A DNA stretch of 64,000 nt from Methylophilus aquaticus (GTDB lineage Bacteria; Pseudomonadota; Gammaproteobacteria; Burkholderiales; Methylophilaceae), in assembly GCF_030769565.1 (NCBI RefSeq), contig NZ_JAVCAP010000014.1:115554-179553 (forward strand). The letters run 5' to 3'. The translations under genes and the position numbers were made by a program. The notes beneath the pieces were generated by a model. It made no database searches. It was given only the letters and a program-made list of their open reading frames with translations, and had not been told where the DNA came from. Positions 51,142-60,427 of this stretch are shown here, piece by piece; within the stretch, counting starts at the first letter, position 1; every line of letters starts with the position of its first letter.

Positions 51142-51765
51142 ATGATGTTTACCGATGTTGTATTTTATGTGTTGGCGGCGATATTGCTGCTCTCAGGCCT
51201 GCGTGTGATTACCACGCGTAATCCGGTGCACGCTGCTTTGTTTCTGGTGCTGGCTTTTTTTACTGCGGCAGGCATCTGGTTATTGTTGCAGGCCGAATTT
51301 CTTGCTATTGCGCTGATTCTTGTCTATGTAGGCGCCGTGATGGTGCTGTTCCTGTTTGTGGTGATGATGCTCGATATTAACATCGACAAATTACGCGAAG
51401 GCTTTTGGGAGTATCTCCCCATGGCAGGCACTATCGGTTTGCTGATGATTGTTGAAATGGGCATGGTTTTGGCGGAAAAGAACCTGCGCCCAAGCCAGGC
51501 AGTGACTTTGCCACCTAACTACAGCAATACAGCTGAATTGGGAAAAGTGCTTTACACCGATTATCTGTTACCGTTTGAGTTGGCTTCCGTTGTGTTGCTG
51601 GTGGCCATGATTGCCGCCATCGTGTTGACATTGCGCGATCGTAAAGACAGCAAATCCATGAATCCGGCCGATCAGGTGAAGGTAAAACGTAATGACCGCC
51701 TACGCATCATTTCCATGCCTGCAGAAGTTGAGCCAGAGCACGTGGCGCCAGAGGAGGAGAAATAA
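51142..51765 (+). CDS. nuoJ: NADH-quinone oxidoreductase subunit J
   Basis: 207 aa; ND6-like TM protein with acidic C-terminal tail. Confidence 0.85.
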   Translation: MMFTDVVFYVLAAILLLSGLRVITTRNPVHAALFLVLAFFTAAGIWLLLQAEFLAIALILVYVGAVMVLFLFVVMMLDINIDKLREGFWEYLPMAGTIGLLMIVEMGMVLAEKNLRPSQAVTLPPNYSNTAELGKVLYTDYLLPFELASVVLLVAMIAAIVLTLRDRKDSKSMNPADQVKVKRNDRLRIISMPAEVEPEHVAPEEEK

Positions 51766-51766
51766 T

Positions 51767-52072
51767 ATGGTCGGTTTGTCGCATTATCTGATTCTGGGGG
51801 CCTTGATGTTTGGCATCAGCGTGATTGGTATTTTTCTTAATCGCAAGAACGTCATTATCTTGCTCATGGCCATTGAGCTCATGTTGCTGGCCGTGAATCT
51901 TAACTTCATTGCTTTTTCGCACTATCTGAACGATATTGCCGGGCAGGTATTTGTTTTCTTTATTCTGACGGTGGCTGCTGCAGAATCTGCCATTGGTTTG
52001 GCGATTCTGGTGGTGTTGTTCCGTAATCTGCGTACCATCAACGTGGACGATCTGGATCAATTAAAAGGTTAA
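51767..52072 (+). CDS. nuoK: NADH-quinone oxidoreductase subunit K
   Basis: Start [12 protein letters not shown] at ATG 51767, 1 nt after the nuoJ stop; 101 aa, 3 TM helices (ND4L). Confidence 0.85.
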   Translation: MVGLSHYLILGALMFGISVIGIFLNRKNVIILLMAIELMLLAVNLNFIAFSHYLNDIAGQVFVFFILTVAAAESAIGLAILVVLFRNLRTINVDDLDQLKG

Positions 52073-52078
52073 GTGGTG

Positions 52079-54166
52079 ATGACAATAAAACAAATCCTGA
52101 TGCTGATTCCACTGTTGCCTTTAATGGCTGCGGCCGTGGTGGGTATTTTTCGTAATTATTTACCACGCACGCTTGCCCATGTGCTGACGATTGCAGGGGT
52201 TGCAGCTTCCTGCGCCTTGTCCGTGTATGTGTTTAACCAGACACTCAATGGCTTCAGCCTGAATGAGTCAGTGTATACCTGGCTCAATTCAGGGGATATC
52301 CATTTTGAAGTAGGTTTTTTGATTGATAATCTGAGCGCCATGATGATGGTGGTTGTGACTTTTGTGTCGCTGATGGTGCATATTTACACCATCGGCTATA
52401 TGGAAGAAGACCCGGGTTACAGCCGTTTCTTCAGTTATATATCCCTGTTTACGTTTTCCATGCTGATGCTGGTCATGAGCAATAACTTTATGCAGCTGTT
52501 CTTTGGCTGGGAGGCGGTGGGGCTGGTGTCTTATTTGCTGATTGGCTTCTGGTTTACTCGTCCGACCGCCATTTATGCCAACCTTAAAGCGTTTCTGGTG
52601 AACCGTGTGGGGGATTTCGGCTTCCTGCTGGGCATTGGCATGGTGCTGTATTACTTTGGCAGCCTCGATTATGCAACGGTTTTTCAACGTGCGCCTGAGT
52701 TAGCCAATACGCAGGTCAACCTGCTTGGAAACACTTCATGGTCCCTCATGACAGTCACCTGTTTACTGCTGTTTGTGGGGGCCATGGGCAAATCGGCACA
52801 AGTGCCGTTACATGTCTGGCTACCTGACTCCATGGAAGGCCCAACCCCGATTTCCGCCCTGATTCACGCGGCGACCATGGTGACGGCAGGTATATTTATG
52901 GTGGCACGCATGTCACCCTTGTACGAGTTGTCTACCACTGCCTTGTCGACAGTGATGGTGATTGGTGCCATTACTGCATTGTTTATGGGTTTTCTGGGCA
53001 TTATCCAGAACGATATCAAGCGCGTGGTGGCCTATTCTACCTTATCTCAACTCGGCTATATGACCGTAGCCTTGGGCGCATCGGCTTACTCAGTCGCCAT
53101 TTTTCACCTGATGACACACGCTTTCTTTAAAGCGCTCCTGTTCCTTGGTGCTGGCTCTGTGATTATGGGTATGCACCATGATCAGGATATCCGCAACATG
53201 GGTAACCTGAAAAAATACCTGCCCATTACCTGGATTACTTCGTTGATTGGATCACTCGCATTGATCGGCACGCCATTCTTCGCAGGCTTCTACTCAAAAG
53301 ACAGTATTATCGAGGCGGTAGAGCTCTCACACATCCCGGGCAGCGGTTTTGCCTATTTTGCTGTGATTGTCGGCGTGTTTGTCACCGCGTTTTATTCTTT
53401 CCGCCTGTATTTTTTGGTGTTCCACGGCAAAGAAAAATGGCGCCAACCGCACCAAACACAGGATGCGCATCTTAACGCCACTGACAATGCTAAACATGAC
53501 ACGCAAGAAGATAGCCATGCGCACGATGACCATACGCATGACGATGCCCACCATCATGGCCTTGGCCCTAATGATGATCCACACGAGCCAGGCTGGGTGG
53601 TGACACTCCCATTGATCCTGCTCGCCATCCCGTCATTCATTATTGGCTATATTGCGATAGAACCCATGTTATTTGGCACATTCTTCAATAACGTCATTTT
53701 CGTTAATGCTGAAAGTCATCCGGCCATGGCGCATCTGGCGCACCATTACCATGAGATGATGCATAGTCCTGCCGGCATGGCGATGCATGGCTTGACCAGT
53801 TTGCCATTTGCTCTGGCAGCTTCCGGTGTCCTGTTGTCCTGGTTTTTCTACATGAAGCGTCCGGATATTCCGGCCGCTATCAAGCAACGCTGCAACCTGA
53901 TTTACCAAGTGCTCGAAAACAAGTATGGCTTTGACAGCTTTAATGAAAAATTCTTTGCCAATGGTTCTCGCTATCTCGGTAAGCTGTTGTGGCAGTTTGG
54001 CGATATCACCCTGATTGATGGTGCCATGGTCAATGGCACCGCAAGAGTTATGGGTAAAATAGCTGCCAGGGTCCGTCATTTGCAATCCGGTTTAATCTAT
54101 CACTACGCCTTTGCCATGATTATTGGCGTATTCCTCTTCATGACCTTTTTTATCAAAATTAACTGA
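52079..54166 (+). CDS. nuoL: NADH-quinone oxidoreductase subunit L (with His/Asp-rich loop insertion)
   Basis: about 695 aa; ND5 antiporter-like core; start ATG 52079 (GTG alternatives at 52073 and 52076). Confidence 0.85.
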   Translation: MTIKQILMLIPLLPLMAAAVVGIFRNYLPRTLAHVLTIAGVAASCALSVYVFNQTLNGFSLNESVYTWLNSGDIHFEVGFLIDNLSAMMMVVVTFVSLMVHIYTIGYMEEDPGYSRFFSYISLFTFSMLMLVMSNNFMQLFFGWEAVGLVSYLLIGFWFTRPTAIYANLKAFLVNRVGDFGFLLGIGMVLYYFGSLDYATVFQRAPELANTQVNLLGNTSWSLMTVTCLLLFVGAMGKSAQVPLHVWLPDSMEGPTPISALIHAATMVTAGIFMVARMSPLYELSTTALSTVMVIGAITALFMGFLGIIQNDIKRVVAYSTLSQLGYMTVALGASAYSVAIFHLMTHAFFKALLFLGAGSVIMGMHHDQDIRNMGNLKKYLPITWITSLIGSLALIGTPFFAGFYSKDSIIEAVELSHIPGSGFAYFAVIVGVFVTAFYSFRLYFLVFHGKEKWRQPHQTQDAHLNATDNAKHDTQEDSHAHDDHTHDDAHHHGLGPNDDPHEPGWVVTLPLILLAIPSFIIGYIAIEPMLFGTFFNNVIFVNAESHPAMAHLAHHYHEMMHSPAGMAMHGLTSLPFALAASGVLLSWFFYMKRPDIPAAIKQRCNLIYQVLENKYGFDSFNEKFFANGSRYLGKLLWQFGDITLIDGAMVNGTARVMGKIAARVRHLQSGLIYHYAFAMIIGVFLFMTFFIKIN

Positions 54167-55674
54167 TGATGCAAGCCGACCTCAATAGTATTTCATGGTT
54201 AAGCCTGGCAATCTGGATACCGGTTGTTTCCGGTATGCTGGTACTGCTGCTCGGTGGTGACCACAAAGCAACACTGACCCGCTGGGTGGCATTGGTGGGC
54301 AGCCTCGTCAGTTTCCTGGTGACCATACCGCTATACACCCTGTTTGATGTGAAAGACGGATTCTTCCAGTTTGAAGAATTATTGCCATGGATTCCCGCAT
54401 TCAATATGCATTATCACCTCGGTATTGATGGCTTTTCATTGCCATTGGTGCTGTTGACCAGCTTTACCACGGTGATTGTGGTGCTGGCTGGCTGGGAAGT
54501 GATCACCAAACACGTGGCCCAATACATGGCCGCATTCCTGATTATGAGTGGCATCATGATCGGCGTCTTTACTGCACTGGATGCCATTCTGTACTACGTG
54601 TTCTGGGAAGCCATGTTGATCCCGATGTTCCTGGTGATTGGTATCTGGGGTGGCCCTAATCGCGTCTACGCAACGGTGAAGTTTTTCTTGTACACCTTGC
54701 TTGGCTCCTTGCTGATGCTGGTGGCGTTTATCTATTTGTATCACCAAACTGGCAGTTTCGAACTGGCTGACTTTTACCTGCTGCCGATTTCACTACATGC
54801 ACAGATTCTGATTTACATTGCCTTCTTCATGGCATTTGCAGTAAAAATCCCCATGTGGCCTGTACACACCTGGTTACCTGACGCACACGTGGAAGCGCCT
54901 ACAGGGGGGTCTGTAGTCCTGGCCGCGATTGCCCTGAAGCTGGGTGGTTACAGCTTCTTGCGCTTTGCCATGCCGATTGCACCAGATGCCGCGCATTACT
55001 TTACGCAGGCGATGGTGGTGTTGTCATTGATCGCGGTGGTCTACATCGCATTGGTGGCGCTGGTGCAAAAAGACATGAAGAAGCTGATTGCTTACTCTTC
55101 GATTTCTCATATGGGCTTTGTTACGCTGGGCTTTTTTATGTTCAGCCAGCTGGCACTGGAAGGCGCGGTCATGCAAATGATCTCCCACGGCTTTATCTCA
55201 GCTGCGATGTTCCTGTGTGTGGGCGTGTTGTATGACCGCGTGCACAGTCGCGAGATTTCCGCTTATGGCGGCGTGGTGAACACCATGCCGGTGTTTGCAG
55301 GCTTTGCGGTGCTGTTTGCGATGGCCAACAGTGGCCTGCCTGGCACCTCTGGTTTTGTGGGGGAGTTTATGGTGATCCTTGCCGCAGTAAAATTCAATTT
55401 CTGGGTGGCTTTCTTCGCCGCCTCTACATTGATTTTTGGTGCAGCCTATACCTTGTGGATGACCAAGCGTGTATTTTTTGGCGAAGTCGCCAACCATCAC
55501 GTGGCAGAGCTCACAGACCTGAACAAGCGTGAGTTTCTGATTCTCGCTATTTTGGCGATTCTGGTGATTGGATTTGGGGTTTATCCACAACCGATTACTG
55601 AAGTAATGCAGGCAACCAGTGCAGAGTTTCTGAAACACATGGCAATCTCAAAATTGCCGGTCACTGGTTATTAA
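54166..55674 (+). CDS. nuoM: NADH-quinone oxidoreductase subunit M
   Basis: 502 aa; ND4 family; start overlaps the nuoL stop. Confidence 0.9.
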   Translation: MMQADLNSISWLSLAIWIPVVSGMLVLLLGGDHKATLTRWVALVGSLVSFLVTIPLYTLFDVKDGFFQFEELLPWIPAFNMHYHLGIDGFSLPLVLLTSFTTVIVVLAGWEVITKHVAQYMAAFLIMSGIMIGVFTALDAILYYVFWEAMLIPMFLVIGIWGGPNRVYATVKFFLYTLLGSLLMLVAFIYLYHQTGSFELADFYLLPISLHAQILIYIAFFMAFAVKIPMWPVHTWLPDAHVEAPTGGSVVLAAIALKLGGYSFLRFAMPIAPDAAHYFTQAMVVLSLIAVVYIALVALVQKDMKKLIAYSSISHMGFVTLGFFMFSQLALEGAVMQMISHGFISAAMFLCVGVLYDRVHSREISAYGGVVNTMPVFAGFAVLFAMANSGLPGTSGFVGEFMVILAAVKFNFWVAFFAASTLIFGAAYTLWMTKRVFFGEVANHHVAELTDLNKREFLILAILAILVIGFGVYPQPITEVMQATSAEFLKHMAISKLPVTGY

Positions 55675-55691
55675 AAGCAGGATGTTAAAAA

Positions 55692-57143
55692 ATGGATAAT
55701 ATGCAATTCGACTTGCTAACCCTGTTGCCGGAAATGGTGGTACTGGCCATGGCCATGTTTATCCTGTTGCTGGATTTGTTTATCCTGCCGCAGAACCGTT
55801 TTATCATTTACGGGCTGAGCCAGTTCACCTTATTCGCCGCGGCTTTTTTCACCTTTAAAACACATACACCGGCCGTCGGCTTTGCCTTCAACCACATGTT
55901 TATCGATGACACGCTTGCAGATGTCATCAAACTGATGATGTACCTCGGTACCTCACTCATTTTTGTGTATACCCGCAAGTACTTGCAAGATCGGAATCTG
56001 TATCGTGGTGAATTTTATGCCATGGTGCTGTTTGGTCTGCTTGGCATGATGATCATGGTCTCTGGCCATAGCATGTTGACGATTTACATGGGGCTTGAGT
56101 TGTTATCCCTATGTTTGTATTCGCTGGTCGCATTTGACCGTGACAACAAGCAAGCTTCTGAAGCAGCCATGAAATATTTTGTATTGGGTGCGCTGGCGTC
56201 TGGTATGTTGTTATATGGCATGAGCATGCTATATGGCATGACAGGCAGCCTGGATGTGGCTGATATTGCCAACAGCATCATGCAGCATCAGGGCAAGAGC
56301 CCGGTAATGATTATGGGTCTGGTATTTGTGGTGGCCGGAATTGCCTTTAAATTTGGCGCAGTGCCTTTTCAGATGTGGGTGCCGGATGTTTATCAAGGCG
56401 CACCGACGCCGATGACATTGATTATTGGGTCAGTGCCGAAACTTGCCGCCTATGCGATGACAGTGCGTTTGCTGGTGCAAGGGCTGCACCCGCTGGCCCA
56501 GGACTGGCAGGACATGATGTTACTGATGGCGGTGCTTTCTATAGTCATTGGTAATTTCAGTGCGATTGTTCAAACCAACCTGAAGCGCATGCTTGCGTAT
56601 TCCACCATCTCGCATGTGGGCTTCATCATGTTTGGTTTTATGAGTGCCAACGCCAATGGATTTGCTTCCAGCTTTTTCTACATCAGTACTTATGTGCTGA
56701 TGTCGATTGCTGGCTTCGGTATTATTCTGTTGCTTAGCCGTCAGGGATTTGAAGCCGAGCAGATCGATGATCTCAAGGGCTTGAACCAGAAGAACCCATG
56801 GATTGCCTTCCTGATGTTGATCATCATGTTCAGCATGGCTGGTATTCCACCTACAGTGGGTTTTTATGCCAAGTTTACGGTATTGCAGGCTGCCTGGCAG
56901 GCAGGGTTTACTTGGGCTGTCGTGTCGGCAGTACTGATGGCAGTGATCGGTGCATTCTATTATCTTAATATTGTGCGAAAAATGTATTTTGATGCACCGG
57001 TCGGGTCGCAAGTTGCCATCACGGCACCGATGGATATGCGCTTTATTCTGAGTGTACATGCCCTGGGACTGCTTGGTCTCGGCTTGTTCCCGGAAAGCTT
57101 GTTAGGTGTCTGTGGACGCAGTCTGCTCATGAGTTTGCAATAA
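55692..57143 (+). CDS. nuoN: NADH-quinone oxidoreductase subunit N
   Basis: 483 aa; ND2 family, 14 TM helices. Confidence 0.9.
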   Translation: MDNMQFDLLTLLPEMVVLAMAMFILLLDLFILPQNRFIIYGLSQFTLFAAAFFTFKTHTPAVGFAFNHMFIDDTLADVIKLMMYLGTSLIFVYTRKYLQDRNLYRGEFYAMVLFGLLGMMIMVSGHSMLTIYMGLELLSLCLYSLVAFDRDNKQASEAAMKYFVLGALASGMLLYGMSMLYGMTGSLDVADIANSIMQHQGKSPVMIMGLVFVVAGIAFKFGAVPFQMWVPDVYQGAPTPMTLIIGSVPKLAAYAMTVRLLVQGLHPLAQDWQDMMLLMAVLSIVIGNFSAIVQTNLKRMLAYSTISHVGFIMFGFMSANANGFASSFFYISTYVLMSIAGFGIILLLSRQGFEAEQIDDLKGLNQKNPWIAFLMLIIMFSMAGIPPTVGFYAKFTVLQAAWQAGFTWAVVSAVLMAVIGAFYYLNIVRKMYFDAPVGSQVAITAPMDMRFILSVHALGLLGLGLFPESLLGVCGRSLLMSLQ

Positions 57144-57152
57144 GCGTCGTCT

Positions 57153-57434
57153 ATGTTAGTCAAATTACTCTTATTGCTGCTGATGCTGTTTTTTGCCAAT
57201 CTGGGCTGGATTTCGGATAAATGGCTCGGTTTGTATGGCTCTGTGCAGCACTTGTGGCAGCGTTTTGCCGAACTGTTAATGGCTTACTTCATCATGCTAG
57301 GGATTGCTGTTCTGGTGGAACGCAGTGTGATGGGGCAAGTCTGGCCGCAAGGCTGGGAGTTTTATAGCATTACGCTGGCATTGTTTATTGTGCTGTCCTT
57401 TCCAGGTTTTATCTATCGCATGCTTTGGAAATAA
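57153..57434 (+). CDS. DUF2818-like small membrane protein
   Basis: 93 aa; 3 TM helices; position immediately after nuoN is typical in betaproteobacteria. Confidence 0.6.
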   Translation: MLVKLLLLLLMLFFANLGWISDKWLGLYGSVQHLWQRFAELLMAYFIMLGIAVLVERSVMGQVWPQGWEFYSITLALFIVLSFPGFIYRMLWK

Positions 57435-57442
57435 GCGTGCGT

Positions 57443-57535
57443 CACATTAATTTCACGAATCCTTCACGTTAATTTCAAGCATGGCAGTCAGACTACGCTA
57501 AAACGAAGCGTAGTTACGGGTAGACACCCGTTAAG
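57443..57535. promoter_or_regulatory. Direct repeats (cacattaatttca / cacgttaatttca, 22-nt period) followed by two hairpins (ctacgct-aaaacga-agcgtag; tacgggt-agac-acccgt[t]a) abutting the Shine-Dalgarno of the PAP2 gene
   Basis: Read directly from the sequence; possible terminator/attenuator of the nuo operon or regulatory leader of the PAP2 gene. Confidence 0.3.
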
Positions 57536-57540
57536 GAGCT

Positions 57541-58077
57541 GTGATGCTAAAACTGCAACATTATCTGGGCTGGGCACAATCTTTGGATAGCCGCTTGTGT
57601 GTCAAGGTTAGCCACACTGGCCAATACCGGTGTATCAGGCAGATTTTCCGCACCATCTCAAGAATGGGCGATGGGATGTTCTGGTATATCCTGATGGCGG
57701 TGATTGCAGTGACGCAAGGTCAGTCCGGACTATATGTATGTTTGCATATGCTCACCGCAGGCTTGACGGGTACCTTGGTTTACAAATGGCTGAAGCACCG
57801 TACCAGTCGTCCGCGCCCATTTCAGGTCAGGCAGGATGTATTGCTGAGCGGTACCCCACTGGATTATTTCAGTTTTCCCTCAGGTCACACCCTGCATGCT
57901 GTGGCCTTTGGCATGGTGGCAGTACAACATTACCCGCAACTGTTTCCTGTCATCTATCCGTTTGTATTACTGGTGGGCATGTCACGCGTCGTGCTAGGCT
58001 TGCACTACCCCAGCGATGTATTGGCAGGGGCCGCTATTGGTTACGGCCTGGTGTTGCTGTATGCGCATGTGTTTTGA
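57541..58077 (+). CDS. PAP2-family (acid phosphatase / lipid phosphate phosphatase) membrane protein
   Basis: 178 aa; PAP2 motifs KxxxxxxRP (KHRTSRPRP), PSGH (FPSGHTLHA), SRxxxxxHxxxD (SRVVLGLHYPSDV); the ATG at 57544 is preferred to the GTG at 57541. Confidence 0.8.
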   Translation: MMLKLQHYLGWAQSLDSRLCVKVSHTGQYRCIRQIFRTISRMGDGMFWYILMAVIAVTQGQSGLYVCLHMLTAGLTGTLVYKWLKHRTSRPRPFQVRQDVLLSGTPLDYFSFPSGHTLHAVAFGMVAVQHYPQLFPVIYPFVLLVGMSRVVLGLHYPSDVLAGAAIGYGLVLLYAHVF

Positions 58078-58088
58078 ACAGCAATCTT

Positions 58089-59285
58089 TTAAAAATTGGC
58101 AGCGACCAGCGTCAGGCATGTAATTTCTGAGGGTGCTCCAAAGCGTTTGGGAGGTCCCCAATAACCGGTACCACGGCTGACATATACCCATAAGTTCTCA
58201 AGGCGATGCATGCCTGCCGTGTAAGGTTGCTGCAAAGGTACAAAGTAGTTCCATGGCCAGAACTGACCTCCATGTGTATGTCCTGACAGCTGGAGATCAA
58301 ATCCTGCCGCGGATGCGGCTTGCGCACTGCGCGGTTGGTGTGCCAGCAGAATGCTGGGTGCTGCCTGTGGGGCACCGGCCATCGCCGCATGCGGGTCACT
58401 GTGGTGGTGGTCATAAAAACTCCCCGCATGGTAGTCAGTGACCCCCGCCAATACCAAGAGCGCACCATCGTGCGACAGTTGAACATGCTCATTCAGCAAT
58501 ACGTGTACACCCAGCCGCTGCAGCTCGCTAATCCACTCTAGTGCACCCGAATAGTATTCGTGGTTGCCTGTCACAAAATAGCTGCCATGCCTCGCCTGTA
58601 ATCGCGACAGTGGCAAGGTGTGGTGCGCAAGATCGCTCACGCGACCATCCACCATATCCCCGGTAATCGCAATCAGGTCGGCCTCAAGTGTATTTACACG
58701 ATCCACAATACGGGCCAGATAGCCTTGCTTGATTGTGGGGCCTACATGAATGTCGGAGATCTGGACTATACGAAATCCATGCAGTTGCGCGGGCAGGTTG
58801 CGAAGCGGGACCTCAATGTTGATCACCTGAGCCAGCCTGCGCGCATTGAAAAATCCTATCAGGCTGACAGATAAAGCAAGAGCGATGGTCAAGATGGCCG
58901 AGTTTTTTTGCAGGGCGCCAACATCAATAGAGATGACAGCCAGTCCATGCAGCGCGGCTATCATCACCAGGATCAGGTCGCGCAATACGGTAAACACCAG
59001 TAATGAAGAGAATACCCCCATGGCGGTCATCGCCACCCAGCTAAGCCCATCTCGCAGTCGCGCATTTGGCAGGCCGCGCGCAAAAAAACCGAGTGGCTGC
59101 AGTATGGCAGAGGCACCAAGAAAACACCATGCCGCTACGGTCAATGTATTTGAGGAGGAAAGATCATGCAACAGCCGGCTGCCTATGTAGTAATGCAATA
59201 CGCCAAGCAGGGTGGTGGTTATTATGAGGAAGCGTAAACGCGGCATAAGACCTTCGATCAATGGCGGTGAGAGTACAGCAATCAA
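58089..59285 (-). CDS. membrane-anchored calcineurin-like metallophosphoesterase (YkuE/COG1408-like; same fold family as phospholipase PlcP)
   Basis: 398 aa; about 5 N-terminal TM helices, then metallophosphoesterase motifs GDMVDG, GNHEY, GHTHGGQ; the true start may be the internal Met at 59246. Confidence 0.75.
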   Translation of the reverse strand: MIAVLSPPLIEGLMPRLRFLIITTTLLGVLHYYIGSRLLHDLSSSNTLTVAAWCFLGASAILQPLGFFARGLPNARLRDGLSWVAMTAMGVFSSLLVFTVLRDLILVMIAALHGLAVISIDVGALQKNSAILTIALALSVSLIGFFNARRLAQVINIEVPLRNLPAQLHGFRIVQISDIHVGPTIKQGYLARIVDRVNTLEADLIAITGDMVDGRVSDLAHHTLPLSRLQARHGSYFVTGNHEYYSGALEWISELQRLGVHVLLNEHVQLSHDGALLVLAGVTDYHAGSFYDHHHSDPHAAMAGAPQAAPSILLAHQPRSAQAASAAGFDLQLSGHTHGGQFWPWNYFVPLQQPYTAGMHRLENLWVYVSRGTGYWGPPKRFGAPSEITCLTLVAANF

Positions 59286-59432
59286 TGGTATATGGTGTTT
59301 ACGTGCTGAGATTCAAGTCATTGCACACACATCATTGCCACCGCCATCGAGTGCCCTCTGTCGCAACAGCGTAGTGGAGTGTGATGCATTGGACCGCCTG
59401 CAATGCCCAGACGCATGCGCAGCATGGCTAGT

Positions 59433-60296
59433 CTAACAGTCTGGTTGGTTAAACCATTGATGCTGGTACTGCTCAAATGCACGAATAGCTCGGGTGGGGC
59501 GTAATCTGGCATCTTGCAGGCATTTACTGCGCCATGCATCCAGTTGCTCCATACTGAGGTTTACATGCTCAGCATGCAGTGAAGGAAAGTCACCTTGTAA
59601 TAATTGCGGCAAGTCATGCAGAGCAAGTGTCACCTGATCACGGTAATATTTAAGCTTGGTTTCAAACTCATTGTCCAGGCGTTGATACCTGTTCAGCAAC
59701 CATTGCGGAATGCGTGACAGCCTGAGCGCCTGGTCTGCAGTTGCTAATCGACCAATAGCCTTTTTAGCCGTGTGCACAGGATAATCCAGCTGTATGGACA
59801 GCGTTTCTATAATCGTTTTTTGATGCAAGCGCAATAAATGATGCGGGTGTGGAATATGTGCCTGTTTTAAATAAGCATCCATGGCCCATTCTGCGGCGGC
59901 ATGCGTGAGCAGGCTGTCGTGATTCCACTTTGCCTCAAATGTGGGTACAAAGTGCTGGTGGGCTACCACATCGGTCAGCAAGTGGATGTTGTAGCCAATT
60001 CCAATTGCAAGTTGCCTATCATTTTTTGTTTGCAGTAGTTGCTGTCCTACGCCCCAGCCGTGACTATGGTTAAAGCTTCTTGATACCACTGCAAGATCAG
60101 GCAGGCAGGCCCCAGCCATGACCAAGCCAGGATAACTTTGAATGGCACGCAGAATCGGCAATGGCAATAGGGGGAGGGCTTGTAATAAGGCATGGGTGTA
60201 CGCGACATGCGAATAGAGCCCCCATGCATGTGCTTCACCAGGAGTGGCTAATAAACAAAACAGTGTAAGTATCAGGCAGCACAGTTTTTTCGTCAT
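59433..60296 (-). CDS. secreted zinc-dependent phospholipase C / S1-P1 nuclease superfamily protein
   Basis: 287 aa; signal peptide cleaved at AHA-W so the mature protein begins WGLYSHVAYTHAL (the Trp1-Gly-x-x-x-His start characteristic of zinc PLC/P1 nuclease metal site 1); internal HxxxD and HxH motifs. Confidence 0.6.
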   Translation of the reverse strand: MTKKLCCLILTLFCLLATPGEAHAWGLYSHVAYTHALLQALPLLPLPILRAIQSYPGLVMAGACLPDLAVVSRSFNHSHGWGVGQQLLQTKNDRQLAIGIGYNIHLLTDVVAHQHFVPTFEAKWNHDSLLTHAAAEWAMDAYLKQAHIPHPHHLLRLHQKTIIETLSIQLDYPVHTAKKAIGRLATADQALRLSRIPQWLLNRYQRLDNEFETKLKYYRDQVTLALHDLPQLLQGDFPSLHAEHVNLSMEQLDAWRSKCLQDARLRPTRAIRAFEQYQHQWFNQPDC

Positions 60297-60340
60297 GCGC
60301 GCATGATGCGTTCAATGGATGACATTTAGATGACGCCTGT

Positions 60341-60357
60341 GTGAATAAAAAGTGAAT
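60341..60357. promoter_or_regulatory. Direct repeat GTGAAT-N5-GTGAAT (11-bp phasing) in the divergent promoter region between the PLC/nuclease-like gene and the GT4 gene
   Basis: Read directly (gtgaataaaaagtgaat); the architecture resembles winged-helix response regulator (PhoB/OmpR-type) half-site spacing. Confidence 0.3.
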
Positions 60358-60427
60358 GCAAATACGTCACAAAAGCATCATGAAGTATTGTTAAGCTATG
60401 TTGGAATATGATGATATGGGTCACTGC

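Noticed and set aside
58112-58492. 126-aa minus-strand alternate-frame ORF inside the metallophosphoesterase gene
   Set aside because: It overlaps the conserved GNHEY/GHTHGG region of the real gene in another frame, its composition is Arg/Trp/Cys-rich, and it has no Shine-Dalgarno sequence.
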